Positions 23,672 through 36,800 of a DNA stretch of 64,000 nucleotides are shown one piece after another. The position numbers were made by a program, and so were the translations under genes. Within the stretch, counting starts at the first letter, position 1. Each line of letters begins with the position of its first letter. Below the pieces are notes generated by a model that did no database searches, was not told the origin of the DNA, and saw only the letters and a program-made list of their open reading frames with translations. The stretch is from Piedraia hortae CBS 480.64 (taxonomy: Eukaryota): the NCBI GenBank assembly GCA_010093745.1, contig MU005994.1:62001-126000 (forward strand). The letters are read 5' to 3'.

Positions 23672-25067
23672 ATGATTTGTTTGTGATGATGAAATATAAT
23701 GATGATGAGATGGGCAAATGTAATGTCATCATGGCGATGGAGAAAGATGTACGATAATAGATAGGATTTAGAAAAAAAGATAAAAAAAAGTGAAAATAAA
23801 AAGACAAAAAAACTGGAATTTGTGTCTCTTTATTTCGTTATCTTGTGGGGGTGAGTTTGTTCTTTGTTCTGTTGGGCTTTAATGTTGGGCTCGTAGTCGA
23901 GAGTCTCATGTAAATGGTAGTTTCCGCACGCCTGGATTCATAAAATATTGCAACGAATTTTTCTCGAAATGACGTAGATTTTGCTGAATGTCTCTCGTCT
24001 GGCACACTCAACTGACGATCACAGATGAATCATGCAACTGGCAACATATCTTAAGGGGACTCCAACTTCTATAAGAATGGATGAGCAGCGCCCTTTGTTA
24101 TTTCCGCGACCCCAGCCAGAGCATAAATCAAGGTCCAAAGCCTGCCCAAACAGAGTCTCTGTGAAGTTTATGCAGTGAGTCAGCTAATTCACACAGGTAC
24201 CCAGCCCAAGGGAGTGCCAGTAACGACATCTCTATAGGATTGGCAACAGGAAGCAAAGACAAAGGATTCGAGCAAATCCGATCAGTTTTTGAATTTGCCT
24301 CACTTGTTGATACAACAGCCCAGAAACTTGCCTCTTAACTGCCTTGATAAACTAGGACCGGAACTAGTTTTCCTCAAAATTGATTCTCAAAATTTGACGG
24401 TCTGCTTCAAAGATGAAAACGACGGTGAATTAGGCGCTGGTTTGACAAGAGAGCCTCTATCTTGGATGCTCGGTATCCCAGTCCTCGGGACCGATGACCA
24501 TTCTCAAGAAACCTAGACTCCGTACGGATGCTGTGATTGAATTTTGCCAACTCTGGTCACAAAAAGTTCTAAGAGGCTCTGACTCACTATACAAGCCAAG
24601 ATCCAGCTGAAAATGCAGATACTACCCGGGAGGGACTCCTTTCTCTCAGAGACTGGAAAGGTAGAGATCACGATGAAGGTAGACCTGAGGCAGCAGTGAG
24701 TCTTCTAGACGCATGTCAGAAAGGATATAACGTGGCTCAGACACAGAGTCGAACCTGAATATTGCAGATCGATCGGACAGAACTCATGTCCGCTATAGAG
24801 AAATACATTTTAGCCAGCCTGCGCTCGTCCCTGTATACAGGTTGAATGTTACTGGATTTTCTTCTCCATGTCTCTCTGGACGAGGAGAAAAGTTTTCCTT
24901 AGGCCGGAAGATTGCAACCCTCTGCTTTTGATTCACTGGGGTACATCCTTTTCAGCTCAGTCTTCTTCTCCAGCCTCTCCTACCCAAACCCCCAATTGTC
25001 CCCCAATTGTTCCCCCCCCCTCTCAACCAAGCCACACACACAACCCACAAAATACAATAACATACAC

Positions 25068-26774
25068 TCACCCAACCTTCCTAGTCTTACTCGCAGGTAG
25101 CCCGGGCACCGTAAAACCCTGTGCATCCCTCTTTACCCCCACCTGCGTAAACGTCCCGCTCGAAAAATACTTATCTTCCTCGGCCTTCTGCTTCCTCTCC
25201 CTCTCCTCCCTCACGCGGGGATCAACAAGTTCAATCCCCTGCACAGGCGTAAACGCCAGACTCGAGGTCGTCCCCGCAACCTGCGTCTTGAGTCCCGAAC
25301 TCCCCACTCCCATCGTCCGAAGCCCGGAGGCTTTGAAAGCCGAGAGTGGCATTCCGCTCGCGGAGCGGAACGACGTCGCCGTGCCCGCGACCTGGGTAGA
25401 CGTGCCTCCCCACCCGGGGTTCTTTTTCGAGAGTTTCGCTCTGGTGCGTTGATCGACTTGTAGGGCTCGAACGCGACCGTCTTGCTTAGAGCCCATCATA
25501 CCTAGACCTTTGGAAGTGTCTCCGTAGTCGACTTCGGCTTCGGCTTCGCCGAACGCGACGCGGTTTTGGGCTTTGCGGAGCTCCGTCATGGCCACGGCGG
25601 CTTTGGCTTTGCGGGCTTGGCGGCCGCCGCGCTTGCGGGCGGGCTTGTCGTCTGGAGCACGCAGGGCGCGGACGCCTTGGTTTGGGGGCGCTTGGGAGAG
25701 TTTTGCGATGCGGGTTTCGACTTGTTCGTAGAGAGCCAGGCCTTCTTCGCCTGCGGGAAATTCGCGCGATTGGTCAATTCGGGCGGCGAGAACGACTTTG
25801 GCGGCGAGGATACGCATGGCGGATTTTTTGAGGTCAGTGGGGACTTGCTTGATGATGGCGTTGTGGTAGAGGAAGCCTTGGTGGCGGACGCCGACGTTGG
25901 TGGCGAGGCCGGTTGCGGCGGCGTCTTTTTTGCTGCCTAGAGGTGCTAGGTTGCAGGCGGGGGTTTTCGCAAGGCCAGATATGCCGCCCGCGTAACTGAG
26001 AAGTTGCGCGGCTGTCTCGGAGCCAATTAGGGTGGTCAGGTTGGGTGCAAACACAGACATGCGTGACTGAACGTAGTCGGTTAGGATCTTCTTGCCGCGG
26101 TCGAGGTCTAGGACCATCTGGCAGGCTCGCTGGATAGTTTCCAGCTCTTTGGGCGGAAGCGACTCGCCGCGGGTTTGGGACGCTTCGATTGTGACTACCA
26201 TCAAACTCGGCCCGTCCAACACTTGGCGGAGGGACTGTCCTACGATATTGTCCTTGCTCTCACTAAGCTGACGGATGTTATCCATGGGTCCATCGCCCAG
26301 GATAGCTACGGCCTTGGCATAGTCAAGCGGGTTTCTGATGAGCGTCTCCAGCTCTGGGAAGCGGACAGAGTAGTGATCGCGAATGAACTTGTGCAGGAGC
26401 ATGATCTCGCCATCGATCTGCGTAGCGAGCGTGTTGGACTGCGTCAACAGCTTGTACTCTGGGTTCGAGTCTACATTGCCAATGTTGCGCATCTGCTCAT
26501 CGGGCGGCAAATTCTTGTACGATTGGACTTCATTTATGACCGGTTGGAGTTGCTTCATCAACGTGGCCACGCTACGCACATCGCTTACATGATGAAATCG
26601 CATCTTCTCCACTTCCGCTGCTGCGTCGGCGGGGTTTGGTGGCGCCGTCTGATTCTCGTCATCCACCTCCATCCCGTTTTCTCCCGATTCCTCCTCCACC
26701 AGCAGGACATCTCCTCCTTGCTCATCTTCGCTGTTTTCAAAGTCGTTCAGAAGCTCGTCGGCGGCGGTAGCCAT
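25068..26774 (-). CDS. prp31: U4/U6 snRNP protein Prp31
   Basis: LHKFIRDHYSVRFPELE, Nop domain, RKRGGR, TELRKAQNR, GTTSSLAFTPVQGIEL; start at MATAADELL. Confidence 0.96.
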   Translation of the reverse strand: MATAADELLNDFENSEDEQGGDVLLVEEESGENGMEVDDENQTAPPNPADAAAEVEKMRFHHVSDVRSVATLMKQLQPVINEVQSYKNLPPDEQMRNIGNVDSNPEYKLLTQSNTLATQIDGEIMLLHKFIRDHYSVRFPELETLIRNPLDYAKAVAILGDGPMDNIRQLSESKDNIVGQSLRQVLDGPSLMVVTIEASQTRGESLPPKELETIQRACQMVLDLDRGKKILTDYVQSRMSVFAPNLTTLIGSETAAQLLSYAGGISGLAKTPACNLAPLGSKKDAAATGLATNVGVRHQGFLYHNAIIKQVPTDLKKSAMRILAAKVVLAARIDQSREFPAGEEGLALYEQVETRIAKLSQAPPNQGVRALRAPDDKPARKRGGRQARKAKAAVAMTELRKAQNRVAFGEAEAEVDYGDTSKGLGMMGSKQDGRVRALQVDQRTRAKLSKKNPGWGGTSTQVAGTATSFRSASGMPLSAFKASGLRTMGVGSSGLKTQVAGTTSSLAFTPVQGIELVDPRVREERERKQKAEEDKYFSSGTFTQVGVKRDAQGFTVPGLPASKTRKVG

Positions 26775-27104
26775 GTTGATTGCGTTAAGGTGACGTCGGG
26801 CGATTCTGGAACAGATTAGCGGGGTTCCATGCATAAGGAAGATTGCCCGTTAGCGCCCCCGCGCTAGACCCCGCGCCACCACGCTCTGGCCCCAACAAAC
26901 GGCACCTCGGGTATGCACGTTTGCATCGGCCAAGACGAGGCAAACGCCACGCTTACGCTGACCAATCACGGGGAATACTTCGCTGCCGCAAATCCAACGG
27001 TCCACCAAGACATGATATCATACTTTTCCGGCCTCTAGTTACCGCACTCCATAACGCCCGCTATTGAATAAACGAAGAGATAACCGTCCGCGAAATTTCC
27101 TCCC

Positions 27105-28250
27105 TCACATCATTCCCGCCACGTTAACATTGAGTCCAATGCCCATCTGCAGTTCCGGGTTGCACTGGTTGTTATGTTGCCGGTGATATTTCAGTCCGTT
27201 TAGATTCTTGTACCGCTTGCCACAATAGTCGCACTGGTGCGGCTTCTCTTTCTCCATTCCCATTGACCCAGGATAGGGCATGCTTGTGACGGGATCGACG
27301 ATGGACATGGTGCCGTCTCCGTTCTCCTGTAGTTGCTGTTTCTGATGCCCGTGAGATCTGTGATACTTGAGCCCATTCTGATTCTTATACGACTTCTCGC
27401 AGCCAATGACAGGACACTTGAAGGGCTTAACTTCCTCGGTGAATGGCGCTGGCATGCCTAATGCAGGTCCTTCGCGCATCCGCTTTGCTAGATCATTGTT
27501 ATTGTTTGCTGTGGGCGATGACGCGCTAGAGGCGTTTGATCCGTTCTTCCCCTGCAGTCGCTTGGCCGGATCGGTGATGGTCCCGTGTTGAGCAGCAATC
27601 TCACCTAGACGTAGGCTCGCAGAGTCAGGCCGGTCAGTGTCTGATGACGAGCGAGACAGAGAAGAAGCGTGAACGGTCCGCGTCTCGAGCGTTGGCGTGT
27701 TCACGGACGAAACGGTTGGGTTGAACGGCGCACCGGTGCGCGGTGCAGTCGGCGTATTCAACGAAGCCCCCTGAAAAGCGTTGATCAGGTTTGTGTTCAC
27801 CTGCGTGCCACGAGGCTGACGACCAAAGTGCGGCTGAGGTTGGAAGCCCTGCTTCGGCGGGGGATCCATGTCCATGTCGTCCAGAGGATCAAAGTCCGAC
27901 AAATCGGTCGAGAAGAGAGGCAGCTCCACAGCCGAACGGGGACCTGGCACATGTTGGCCGGCATGGAACTCCTCGTAGTGCTGCAGCAGTTCGAACATCG
28001 ACTCTAGCGCCACGTCGCAGCAACGATAATCCCTCATGTACGTTGCCTCCATCTTGGGCACGTACGACGAAGATTGGTAAGATTGGAGGTTCATCGGCGA
28101 CGTACCAGTCATGCGAGAGTCTAAAGCAAAGGAGTTGAATGACAGGCCGCCAAAACTCATTGCGCTCCCGCGGGGAACGCTACTGGCCCCATTGTCGTTG
28201 CTGCCGCGACGCGGTACGTGCAGCCGTGAGATGGCAATGGGCTGTGCCAT
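27105..28250 (-). CDS. sfp1: Split C2H2 zinc-finger transcription factor Sfp1
   Basis: YRCCDVALESMFELLQHYEEFH; KPFKCPVIGCEKSYKNQNGLKYH; CGKRYKNLNGLKYH. Confidence 0.93.
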   Translation of the reverse strand: MAQPIAISRLHVPRRGSNDNGASSVPRGSAMSFGGLSFNSFALDSRMTGTSPMNLQSYQSSSYVPKMEATYMRDYRCCDVALESMFELLQHYEEFHAGQHVPGPRSAVELPLFSTDLSDFDPLDDMDMDPPPKQGFQPQPHFGRQPRGTQVNTNLINAFQGASLNTPTAPRTGAPFNPTVSSVNTPTLETRTVHASSLSRSSSDTDRPDSASLRLGEIAAQHGTITDPAKRLQGKNGSNASSASSPTANNNNDLAKRMREGPALGMPAPFTEEVKPFKCPVIGCEKSYKNQNGLKYHRSHGHQKQQLQENGDGTMSIVDPVTSMPYPGSMGMEKEKPHQCDYCGKRYKNLNGLKYHRQHNNQCNPELQMGIGLNVNVAGMM

Positions 28251-29233
28251 TGGAACGTATTACGGAAAGGTTGGGGTGCAGGGAAAGAGGGAGGGAGGCG
28301 AAGAAGGCGGTAGCGCCCGGCCCTTCTTCCGTCACCGCTATTCGAGTCGACCGGCGCCCGAGCCGCTTAGCCAATCACATGCGACCGTTCTTCCCGCCGC
28401 CAGCCAGCGGCTCCACTTTCGCGGGCCGATTCATAAGCGTAATGGTAACCCCGTTTGCCGTTATTCCTGGTTATTCTCGGTAATCACGTAGTTTTTTTCT
28501 GGCTTTCCGGACGGCCCCAAAACCGTCTAGTGAGTCATCAGATGTTCAACGCGCAAGACCGCACAATTGTTTTGACTCATAACGCGACTCCTTGGCGCTT
28601 ATTGGGGACATGTTGACACCCAAAAAAAAACAAGCGCGATGATTGTAGAGTGCAAAGAATAAAACGAAAATCTTTTTTTCCAAGACACCAACACGACACG
28701 CGATCAGGTGATTGACACGTGCTGCATCGGAGATCGGCAGAAGTCCAACGGCTGTCATCAGGGCGGACGCTCATTGGTCCTTAGTCTGGAGAGATCTCAT
28801 TGGCTACGCGATTGTTCAAAGAAAGTGATGGAACAAACGGTGGCACAAAACAACTACCATCACTGTGTTCCAACTGAATACTCCTGACATTGTTCCATGT
28901 AGGAACACTGTACCTTCGGTCTCTATTACCGTATCAATCTGTGGCCCACCAGCCAGGTCGTGCAAGCCGCCGGCTTTCCTTTCTCGAAAGGATCGGTGCG
29001 GCCCGAAACCTCTCTCAAATCCCTGCATCTTGGCTAACCCCTTACTGCCTGTTCTAAGAATAACGTCGCAGTTCAGGCCGCCAGCCGCGAGCCTCGTGTA
29101 CGGGCGACTCCCCTATTACCAGCGCCAGGCCCTCTCTCAGCCTCTCCATTCACCTCTTCTTCGCGCAATTCTTTACGCATGCGCTACCCTGCTGATCTGT
29201 CCCCTAGCCGACAGCTGTAACACACCCCGGCCG

Positions 29234-32200
29234 ATGACGAGCATAGCAACGGGAAAATTTCCAGTAGAAACAGAATCAACGATGACAAAGAAGACGACGT
29301 TGCGGGTGGGAGGCATGACATGCGGTGCCTGCACATCTGCAGTTGACGGCGCATTATCTCCGCTGAATGGAGTTGAGTCGGTGAGCATATCTCTGCTCTC
29401 GGAACGCGCCGTGGTGGAGCACGATGACTCGATCAAGCCCGAGGAATTGGCAACAGCCATCGATGATTCTGGTTTCGATGCCGAGGTCCTCAGCACCGAA
29501 GTGTGCGAAAAATCGGCCGCAGCGGCGCCCCGAATACTGTCCACAACTGTTTCCATCCAGGGAATGACATGCGGTGCTTGCACTTCTTCCATCGAAGGTG
29601 CCTTTGACGATGTAGAAGGCCTTGTCCAGTTTAGTATCAGTCTGCTTGCCGAACGAGCCATAATCCTCCATAATCCTGAGAAACTGAGCGCAGACAAGAT
29701 TCTGGAACTAATAGATAATCGAGGATTCGATGTTCAACTCTTATCCAGCACCGAGGAGGGACTCACTGCGCCTGCTGAGCATGCTCAGGTGCAGCTCAAA
29801 ATCTACGGCCTCAGCGACAATCCTGCAGCAGCTGCTGGGGCTGCTTCCACCCTTGACAATCATCTATGTTCTCTAAAGGGAGTCATTGATGTCAATCTCG
29901 ACCGCGCAAATGCCCGAGCAACGCTGACGTACAAACCCGCTGCCATTGGCCTTCGTGCTATTGTGCGTGCTGTTGAGCAACTTGACCTCCATGCGCTGGT
30001 GGCTGATGCCGACGATAACAACGCCCAGCTTGAGTCACTTGCAAAGACCAAGGAAATTCAGGAATGGTGGCGAGCATTTCGCACTTCACTCGCTTTTGCC
30101 ATTCCTGTATTCTGCATCAGCATGTTGTTTCCCATGTTCCTGCCTTTTCTCGACTTTGGCAGCCTTCACTGGCAGGGCATCTGGCTGGGTGATGTAATTT
30201 GCCTTATCCTGACCATTCCAGTTCAATTTGGCATTGGACGCCGGTTCTACGTTTCGGCGTGGAAGTCTATGCGGCACTGGGCCCCGACAATGGATGTGCT
30301 GGTCGTTCTGGGGACGAGTGCTGCTTTCTTCTTCAGCTGTGCAGCCATGGCGGTTTCATTCTTGATTCCTCCCCATACCCGTCCAGCAACCACCTTTGAC
30401 ACAAGCACCATGCTCATCACCTTCATCCTCCTCGGTCGCTTTATGGAGAACAGAGCAAAGGGCCAGACCAGCAAGGCCTTGAGCCGCCTTATGAGCCTCG
30501 CACCCGGGAGTGCAACCATCTACGTTGACCCAATTGCAGCAGTCAAAGCATCCGAGGGAGGTGCAGATGCCATTACCGAGGAAACGAAGAACGAAAAGGG
30601 TTCGCCAACCCAAGAGCTTCGTCTGCCCTCGGAGCTCCTTCAGGTAGGCGATGTTGTCATTCTAAAGCCAGGTGATCGCATCCCCGCCGATGGCATCGTC
30701 ACCCGCGGCCAAAGCCATGTCGATGAAAGCATGGTCACCGGCGAGGCCATGCCTCTGCTTAAATCGATTGGATCAGCCGTCATGGCTGGCACCGTCAACG
30801 GGGCTGGGCCTCTTGACTTCCGCGTCACCCGCGCTGGACGTGATACTCAGCTTGGCGGCATCGTGCGTCTTGTCCAGTCGGCACAGTCTAGCCGCGCACC
30901 GATCCAGCGCATGGCTGATATCGTCGCTGGCTACTTTGTGCCGGTTATTGTTACCCTGGCACTGCTCACATTCACGTGTTGGATGGTACTCAGCCATTCG
31001 ATGAAAGATCCTCCAGCCATCTTCATGAGTGGTGCCTCCGGCGGAAAGGTCCTTGTCTGTGTGAAGCTGTGTATTGCTGTTGTGGTATTTGCATGCCCCT
31101 GCGCACTGGGGCTTGCAACTCCCACGGCTGTCATGGTCGGCACTGGAGTCGGCGCTGAAAATGGAATCCTGTTCAAGGGTGGCGCAGCCTTGGAAACGGC
31201 AACTCGGGTACGACATGTTGTTTTGGACAAAACTGGCACCCTTACTGTCGGCAAGATGAGTGTCGCCGCAGCTCGGCCCCGTGGAGATTGGGATTCGACA
31301 CCAGTCAAACGCTCGCTCTGGTGGGCCCTGGTCGGCTTAGCAGAAGCGGATAGCGAACACCCTGTTGCCCGGGCCATTGTGATAGCAGCAAAGGAACGGT
31401 TGGGAGTGGCATCGGAAGAAATGATTGAAGGGCGCGTGCCCGAAGTGGATGTCTCGGTAGGACATGGCCTCATTGCTCTGGTTGAACGGGAAGGTCGACA
31501 TCGGGTGATGGTAGGCAACGCAGCCCATCTTGCTGCTCATGGTGTTGTGGTGCCAACAGCAGACGAAGAATCGGCAGCTGAGACCTTGACCGGCACAAGC
31601 GAAACGTCGGCTGGAACGACCATGATCCATGTCGCCATCGACTCCACCTACGCTGGGTATCTCGCCCTCTCGGATACGGTCAAACCCTCTGCGAGGGCTT
31701 GCGTAACAGCACTTCGAGAAATGGGAATCGTGGCATCGCTCGTTACTGGCGACCAAGGACCAACAGCACGAAAAGTAGCAGAGCTGGTCGGCATCCCGCT
31801 CGACCACGTCCACGCCGGGATCCTGCCCTCCGGCAAGCAATCCATCATCGAAAAGCTCCAACTCAATGGCGAGATTGTTGCCATGGTCGGTGACGGCATT
31901 AACGACTCTCCAGCGCTAGCCACAGCGAACGTAGGAATATCCCTCGCCAGCGGTACAGACGTGGCAATGGAAGCCGCCGACATTGTCCTCATGAAACCAG
32001 ACCAGCTCCTCGACATCCCTGCCGCCCTTCACCTCTCGAAGTCCATTTTCCGCCGCATCAAGATGAACCTACTCTTCTCCTGCGTCTACAATGCCGTCGG
32101 TCTACCAATTGCCATGGGTGTTCTCCTACCCTGGGGCATCACGCTCCCGCCTCTAGCCGCTGGCGGCGCAATGGCGTGCAGCAGCGTTACCGTGGTTATG

Positions 32201-32368
32201 TCATCACTTTTGCTCAAACGATGGCGACGACCGGAATGGGAGGACGAAGGAAAAACCTTCAGCATGCGTGGCATGAAGCAACGAGCGACGGGATGGATCG
32301 ATTACATCAGACGGAAGAAGAATGATAGGGGTCACTATGTTCCTCTGGAGAATTATGATATGGTATAG
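29234..32368 (+). CDS. ccc2: Copper-transporting P1B-type ATPase
   Basis: Two GMTCGAC HMA domains, TGEA, CPC, DKTGT, SEHP, GDGIND, YN...MACSS; start codon uncertain. Confidence 0.95.
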   Translation: MTSIATGKFPVETESTMTKKTTLRVGGMTCGACTSAVDGALSPLNGVESVSISLLSERAVVEHDDSIKPEELATAIDDSGFDAEVLSTEVCEKSAAAAPRILSTTVSIQGMTCGACTSSIEGAFDDVEGLVQFSISLLAERAIILHNPEKLSADKILELIDNRGFDVQLLSSTEEGLTAPAEHAQVQLKIYGLSDNPAAAAGAASTLDNHLCSLKGVIDVNLDRANARATLTYKPAAIGLRAIVRAVEQLDLHALVADADDNNAQLESLAKTKEIQEWWRAFRTSLAFAIPVFCISMLFPMFLPFLDFGSLHWQGIWLGDVICLILTIPVQFGIGRRFYVSAWKSMRHWAPTMDVLVVLGTSAAFFFSCAAMAVSFLIPPHTRPATTFDTSTMLITFILLGRFMENRAKGQTSKALSRLMSLAPGSATIYVDPIAAVKASEGGADAITEETKNEKGSPTQELRLPSELLQVGDVVILKPGDRIPADGIVTRGQSHVDESMVTGEAMPLLKSIGSAVMAGTVNGAGPLDFRVTRAGRDTQLGGIVRLVQSAQSSRAPIQRMADIVAGYFVPVIVTLALLTFTCWMVLSHSMKDPPAIFMSGASGGKVLVCVKLCIAVVVFACPCALGLATPTAVMVGTGVGAENGILFKGGAALETATRVRHVVLDKTGTLTVGKMSVAAARPRGDWDSTPVKRSLWWALVGLAEADSEHPVARAIVIAAKERLGVASEEMIEGRVPEVDVSVGHGLIALVEREGRHRVMVGNAAHLAAHGVVVPTADEESAAETLTGTSETSAGTTMIHVAIDSTYAGYLALSDTVKPSARACVTALREMGIVASLVTGDQGPTARKVAELVGIPLDHVHAGILPSGKQSIIEKLQLNGEIVAMVGDGINDSPALATANVGISLASGTDVAMEAADIVLMKPDQLLDIPAALHLSKSIFRRIKMNLLFSCVYNAVGLPIAMGVLLPWGITLPPLAAGGAMACSSVTVVMSSLLLKRWRRPEWEDEGKTFSMRGMKQRATGWIDYIRRKKNDRGHYVPLENYDMV

Positions 32369-33838
32369 CGGAGCATAGCGAGCGATGCTTATTGATATAA
32401 TGACCTGAGGATGTACATACTTTAAGTGTATAATTATGTAGCAGAAGTAGCAGGGTAGTAGGATCTTTAACCTGAAAATTGTTGGTCCTCTTCATCCGGC
32501 GAGAGAAATCTAATTGGCTCAGCTTGCTGAGCTAAATTTAAGTCCAGCTACGAGCCACACTCAGGACGCCTCTTGATTGGTCCCCATTTCCGGCGGAATG
32601 ATATTGCCACCACGAGCAACACGTGTCACACTTCTACGGAAGTGTACCACGTATCAGCGGATGAATCACCGTTTTTTCTGATCTTAACCACGTGATGCGG
32701 GAGTATCCGCATCCGTCCAGGGGGTTTAGGGGGCTTGGCCCCCGCAACAGAAAAGAAGTTCATGAAGGCCAAACGAAAATTTAGCCCAAGCAATGTGAGC
32801 TACAATTTGGGTGATTAGAGTCTTAGTGCTGAACTGTCAACTGGGAATGGACAATGGCCACCACGAATGGCGTGGGTTTTTTAGCGGCGTGGTTGGGCTA
32901 GGCTGGGTAGGGTGTACCTGTAAATATCCTAGACTAGCATGCCCGATGCCCTTCAGGAAGCCGCGGGCGGCCGTTCGCGACCGCTTCCGCCCAAACGTTG
33001 AAACATAAAGCAAAACAAAATGGATGGCGTGGGTCGTACAGCGGTCCGTTGGCTGAATTGAGTGATTTGTTTGCTGCGCTTTGATTTTACGGGGACTGAC
33101 GTGAGTCTTCGGAGTTGCACTGTGCGGCAAACGATACAAGGTGGGGTCAGCTGACTCGAATATGCTGATATGAGATGTGGCCTGAGAGAATATTAACATT
33201 GAAGCAATACCGGAAAAATATTCGAAGAGCAACTGCCCTTGCAAGAAAGACCTCGCCAGGACGTCTCTACAGTCTAAGCAATCTTATGTTTACTGCCCAA
33301 TGAACCACAGAATACATCACGTATTGGATCGAATCGCCGTCCTTCAGCAGTCAAGCAGTTTTGCAATTGCAGTGAGCGAAATTGGTCCATCAATAAGTTC
33401 ATGTGCATTCGCACAAGCATTTAGTGACTACCTCATACTCAAAATCAAACAAAATTCCCGTCACGATGAGCAACAAAACCACTCACAACCAAGTCCCCTC
33501 AACAAACAACAGAACACCCTCCTTCACCACGAACCGAACGGTCACTGACCCAAATAATCCGTGCCGGTTTTGCAACCCACAATTCCACCTCATCAACAAA
33601 AATGCTAAATCCCATCTCCTCTACCCATCCTTGCAGCAAACACCCCCCTTCACAAGCGCTGTGATCGCTCACCAATTCACCCTATCCCTGTGACAGTCTC
33701 CGCAAAGGGTGACTTTGTCATACAGAAAAACATATAAAAACCCGCATGCAGGCTTGCTATTCTCTTTCACTACTCTTTGCGATTACCCCGTTCTTACCTT
33801 GTAAGAAAAAACTGGAAACGTTTTGCATTACTGCAAAA

Positions 33839-36800
33839 ATGGCCAAAAGTAATAAGAAATGGAGTGATATTGTTCGTGAGTCGATCCCAGATGTTGCCAA
33901 ACAAGGTCCGATCCAGAAAAGGAATTACCAGGCGAATCCAGTAGCGCAGAGGGCTCATCAGGCTGCTCAGAATGGGGAGGGTCAGGCGGCGGAACAGCAG
34001 AGCGGCGGGCAGGGTGGGGCTGCTTCGCAGGAAGGTGGTGGGCAGAGTCATACTCAGGTAGAACAAGGCAATGGTCAAGCTCAGGTCTCTACACAGAAAG
34101 CCCCCGCAACCACGCAGAGCGGTGATCAACAGTCAACGTCGAAGCATAGCAATGGTCAGCCTTCAGCCTCCACGCAAAGGGACAGTGATAAACTTCCCGC
34201 ATCCTTTGACTTGGGAAATCTAGACCTTGGCTTTGCCGAATGGTCACACGTCCGCGGCTACGGCCAAGTACCGGCACGCCCAGCGCCATGTAAACTTGGC
34301 GGGCCTTTTATGCTTAGCGTCAATGCTTTTCTAGTCACTCAGATGAATAGCAAGCCTGTGTACCAGTACGACATCACTATTGACAACGGCGCGGAAAAGC
34401 GAGGCCTTATCCGACGCGTTTGGGATTCCAACACGGTCCAAAAAGAATTGGGCGAAATTTTCATCTTTGATGGGCACAAACTGGCATGGTCAGGGAGGAA
34501 AATCGAAAAAGAGCTTCGTATCTCGGTCGACCTCGATGTTGACGAAGATTGCGAGCCTCATGAAGGCAAAGGGAACAAGCATGTCATTGTAATCCGACCG
34601 ACGCATCAAATCAAATTCGACACGCTCCATAGTTACTTGGCCCACCGGTGTGACTTTGACAAATCGATTCTCGAGGCGATCACATTCTTCGATCACATGT
34701 TGAGAGAGACTCCGTCGAAGAAGCTGACGTCCATCAAGCGAAGCTTCTTCGCACCCGAGGACAAGCGAACGTCTTTGGGCCGCGGTGTCGAGGCATATAG
34801 GGGCGTGTACCAGTCTCTTCGCATCATACATAGCTCAAGGCAAAACGCGCGTCTGGCCATCCTCGTCGATGTGTCCAACGGCACTTTTTGGACGAGCCAG
34901 CGTCTAATCGAAGCCGCTAGAGAGGTCCTCGATGAACAGAGTCTCAACCATTTGGTTAATACGATGACACGAATGGGCGGTGAAAATTCCCGTGCGGTTA
35001 TGCTGAGGCAGAAACTAAGGCGTCTACATGTTACCTGTCAGCATCGCGGCAAGGATGTTACGGACGAGTATGTGGTTGACCGCGTCCTGACCCAGGGCGC
35101 GAGGCAATACAAGTTCATGAAGGACGGCAAGGACATCTCCGTCTTCGACTACTTTATGCAGGCGTACGGTATCCGGCTGCAGTGGCCCGACCTACCACTC
35201 GTCAAGATGACGGGAGCCAACGGACCCGTGTTGCCGATGGAGGTTTTAACCATCAAGCCGCACCAGCGATATATGTTCAAGCTTGATGAGAAACAGACAA
35301 GAGCGATGATAGACTTTGCCGTTACGTACCCAATGAAACGCTCGGAAGCCATCAGAGATGGTGTGGAGAAGCTTGACTGGGCAAATGATCCCGTGCTGAA
35401 GCACTTTGGTGTCAAGATTCAGACAGGACAAATGTTAGAAGAAGCCCGCCAATTGATGGCTCCTCGGGTTAAGTTTAACGGAAGCGAAGAGGATCCGAGA
35501 GACAAAGGTCGGTGGAATCTAAAGGATAGAAGGTTCATCCACAACAACGCCCGCCAACCGTTGAAGACATGGGGTGTTTGTATCTTCACAGGTCGGTTCA
35601 ACCCGAACAAGCCCGTGGTCGAACACTTTGTGAGAAAATTTGTGGATGCATACGTAGGCCACGGTGGTGTCGTCCATGAACGCAACCCATTTATAACAGT
35701 CCACCGCGGCAACGATTGGGAAGCGGGAGTCCAAAGAACATGGAACGACACCGGCAATCATTTCAAACAAACACCCCAGCTCCTCTTCTTTGTCCTCCCG
35801 GAGAAGAACGCCGAAATATACGGCAGCATCAAGCGCAAATGCGACTGCCAATACGGGGTTCCAACCCAATGCGTTCAATACCAACACGTCCAAAAGGCCC
35901 TCGAACAATACATCTCCAACGTCTGCATGAAAGTCAATGCCAAACTCGGCGGCGCCACATCCCTCGCCGTCAACAACACAAACACCAACCTCGTCAAGCC
36001 CGGTACAGCCATCATCGGCGCGGACGTCTCTCACGCCGCCCCGGGATCCACAACCCCCTCCATGGCTGCCATCACCTGTTCCGCGGACATATACGCCTCG
36101 CGCTACTGGGGGCTAGCCGAAACGAACGGTTTCCGCCAAGAAATCATCTCGCCCGACAACATCCACACCGTTTTCGGCGAGCTCATCCGCGCGTGGATCC
36201 ACGGTGTCAACAACAACCAGCCGCCCAGCACAATCCTCTACATCCGCGACGGTGTGTCCGAGGGGCAATACCAATACATCCTCTCTCACGAAGTCGCGGG
36301 CATGAAGAACTTCATGACAGACTACCTCACTCAAAACGGCCACCTACGCCACGGGCAGGCCCCCCTCCCGAACTTCGTCGTCATCATAGGCTCAAAACGC
36401 CACCATGTCCGCTTCTTCCCGGGCCCCGCGGGAGATAATAATTGTAACCCCAAACCCGGAGCCTTACTCGATACGGGTGTCACGCATCCCTATGAGAATG
36501 ATTTTTACCTTTGTTCGCACGCGGCGATTAAAGGGACCGCAAGACCGGTGCATTATTGCGTGTTGATGAATGAGTCAGGATACAGCAATGAGGAGCTGCA
36601 GACATTGTTGTTTGAGCATTGTTATATGTATGTCCGCTCGACGACGCCGGTGTCGCAGCACCCGGCCGTGTATTATGCGCATGTTGTGTCGAATAGGGCC
36701 ATTCCGCATTATCCGCTTTGGAGGGAGAGTCTTAGGGGCGAGTCGAGCAGTGGGAGGGGGACGGAAGAGGGGGATGGGTTCAAGGAGAGGAAGTTGTTGC

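Noticed and set aside
28865..29233. Long N-terminal extension of the Cu-ATPase in the ORF track
   Set aside because: Starts at GTG and looks like promoter/UTR sequence; ATG at 29234 preferred.
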